A stretch of 64,000 nucleotides of DNA from Octopus sinensis (taxonomy: Eukaryota): assembly GCF_006345805.1 (NCBI RefSeq), contig NC_043012.1, forward strand, positions 8,556,001 to 8,620,000. Reading direction: 5' to 3'. The position numbers and the translations under genes are program-made. Positions 63,264 through 64,000 of this stretch are shown in pieces. Under the pieces are notes generated by a model. It made no database searches, was not told the origin of the DNA, and worked only from the letters and a program-made list of their open reading frames with translations. Each line of letters begins with the position of its first letter. Within the stretch, counting starts at the first letter, position 1.

Positions 63264-63455
63264 CGCTGCAAGTAGCCATCGGTTTTCTTTGCCAGCAGCA
63301 ACAATTCCCAGAAGTCCAATGATAAATAATATGATGCCAACACCAATTATGATACTGGCTGGGATGAGGGTAATATTCGCTGTGGTCAGTTGATCAAAAT
63401 GATGGTAAGTTTTGAAAATCCAAGCACCACCATAGAACAGAATGGCTGCTGCAGT
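63264..63455 (-). CDS. TSPAN3: Tetraspanin-3-like exon 2 (TM1 end, EC1, TM2); exon 1 is outside the window
   Basis: TAAAILFYGGAWIFKTYHHFDQLTTANITLIPASIIIGVGIILFIIGLLGIVAAGKENRWLLAA (human [23 protein letters not shown]); 192 nt. Confidence 0.92.
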
Positions 63456-63479
63456 CTAGCAAGGAGAAAGGAAATAAAG

Positions 63480-63567
<88 letters not shown>

Positions 63568-64000
63568 TACACATCAAAAACAGGAAAAAAACAAATGCCA
63601 ATTTCATGATCAGTGAAACTTTTGATGGAAAAATGAGAAAATGACATTTCAAGCAGGATTCTTCAATGGAAAGATTTTATGTATTATATAAAAAAAAAAT
63701 TCTATATTTCTGAGAATTTTTATCTGTTTTAGTTGGAATGGTGACCTCATCTTGATGGTCATTTCCACTACTTTCGGCTGGAGCATGCACAGCTGAAGCA
63801 GTGAATACAATAACCGAGATGAGAAAACCATTGATTAATATAACACACACACATACACACAATGAATGTATGTGTGTGTGTGGTGGTCATGGTGGGGCAA
63901 TTATAAAATTGCATAGAAAACTCTGGAAATAGCTGAATGAAAACATTTCAAACTAAACAGAGACCCCCACACAGAATCACAAATACAAAAACCAGAACAA

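Noticed and set aside
63677-63862. Hydrophobic minus-strand ORF as tetraspanin exon 1
   Set aside because: It starts in a (GT)n run, lacks the K..L...N..FW TM1 motif and has no suitable phase-0 donor; exon 1 lies beyond the window.

Overview
AT-rich, repeat-dense animal DNA. The SINE/MITE/RTE repertoire and microsatellite load look like an Octopus-type cephalopod genome (inference from repeat recognition). Three spliced genes can be reconstructed, with GT-AG sites and phases checked by hand. (1) NDUFA13/GRIM-19 (+, 4 coding exons, 6603-11626, 150 aa). (2) FAM172A/ARB2A (+, 11 coding exons, 17139-43649, about 403 aa, alpha/beta-hydrolase S-D-H motifs, C-terminal KAEL). (3) A TSPAN3-like tetraspanin (-, 6 coding exons visible, 63455-47961; first exon beyond the window), convergent with FAM172A. 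The rest is SINEs, RTE, R4-Dong and CR1-like LINE remnants, mariner and hAT fossils, piggyBac-type and other MITEs, and non-autonomous Helitrons. Main unexpected signals: three type-I hammerhead ribozyme folds of Penelope type, two of them in an inverted repeat around a tRNA-like pol III head; two in-frame alternative first exons of FAM172A (signal-peptide-like versus none); a 2-kb tandem duplication copying a symmetric FAM172A exon; a 210-bp locally templated patch inside a Helitron; and a SINE-derived satellite with a dimeric higher-order repeat. Exon coordinates are exact. Repeat boundaries are approximate (about +/-10-20 bp) unless a TIR/TSD is quoted.
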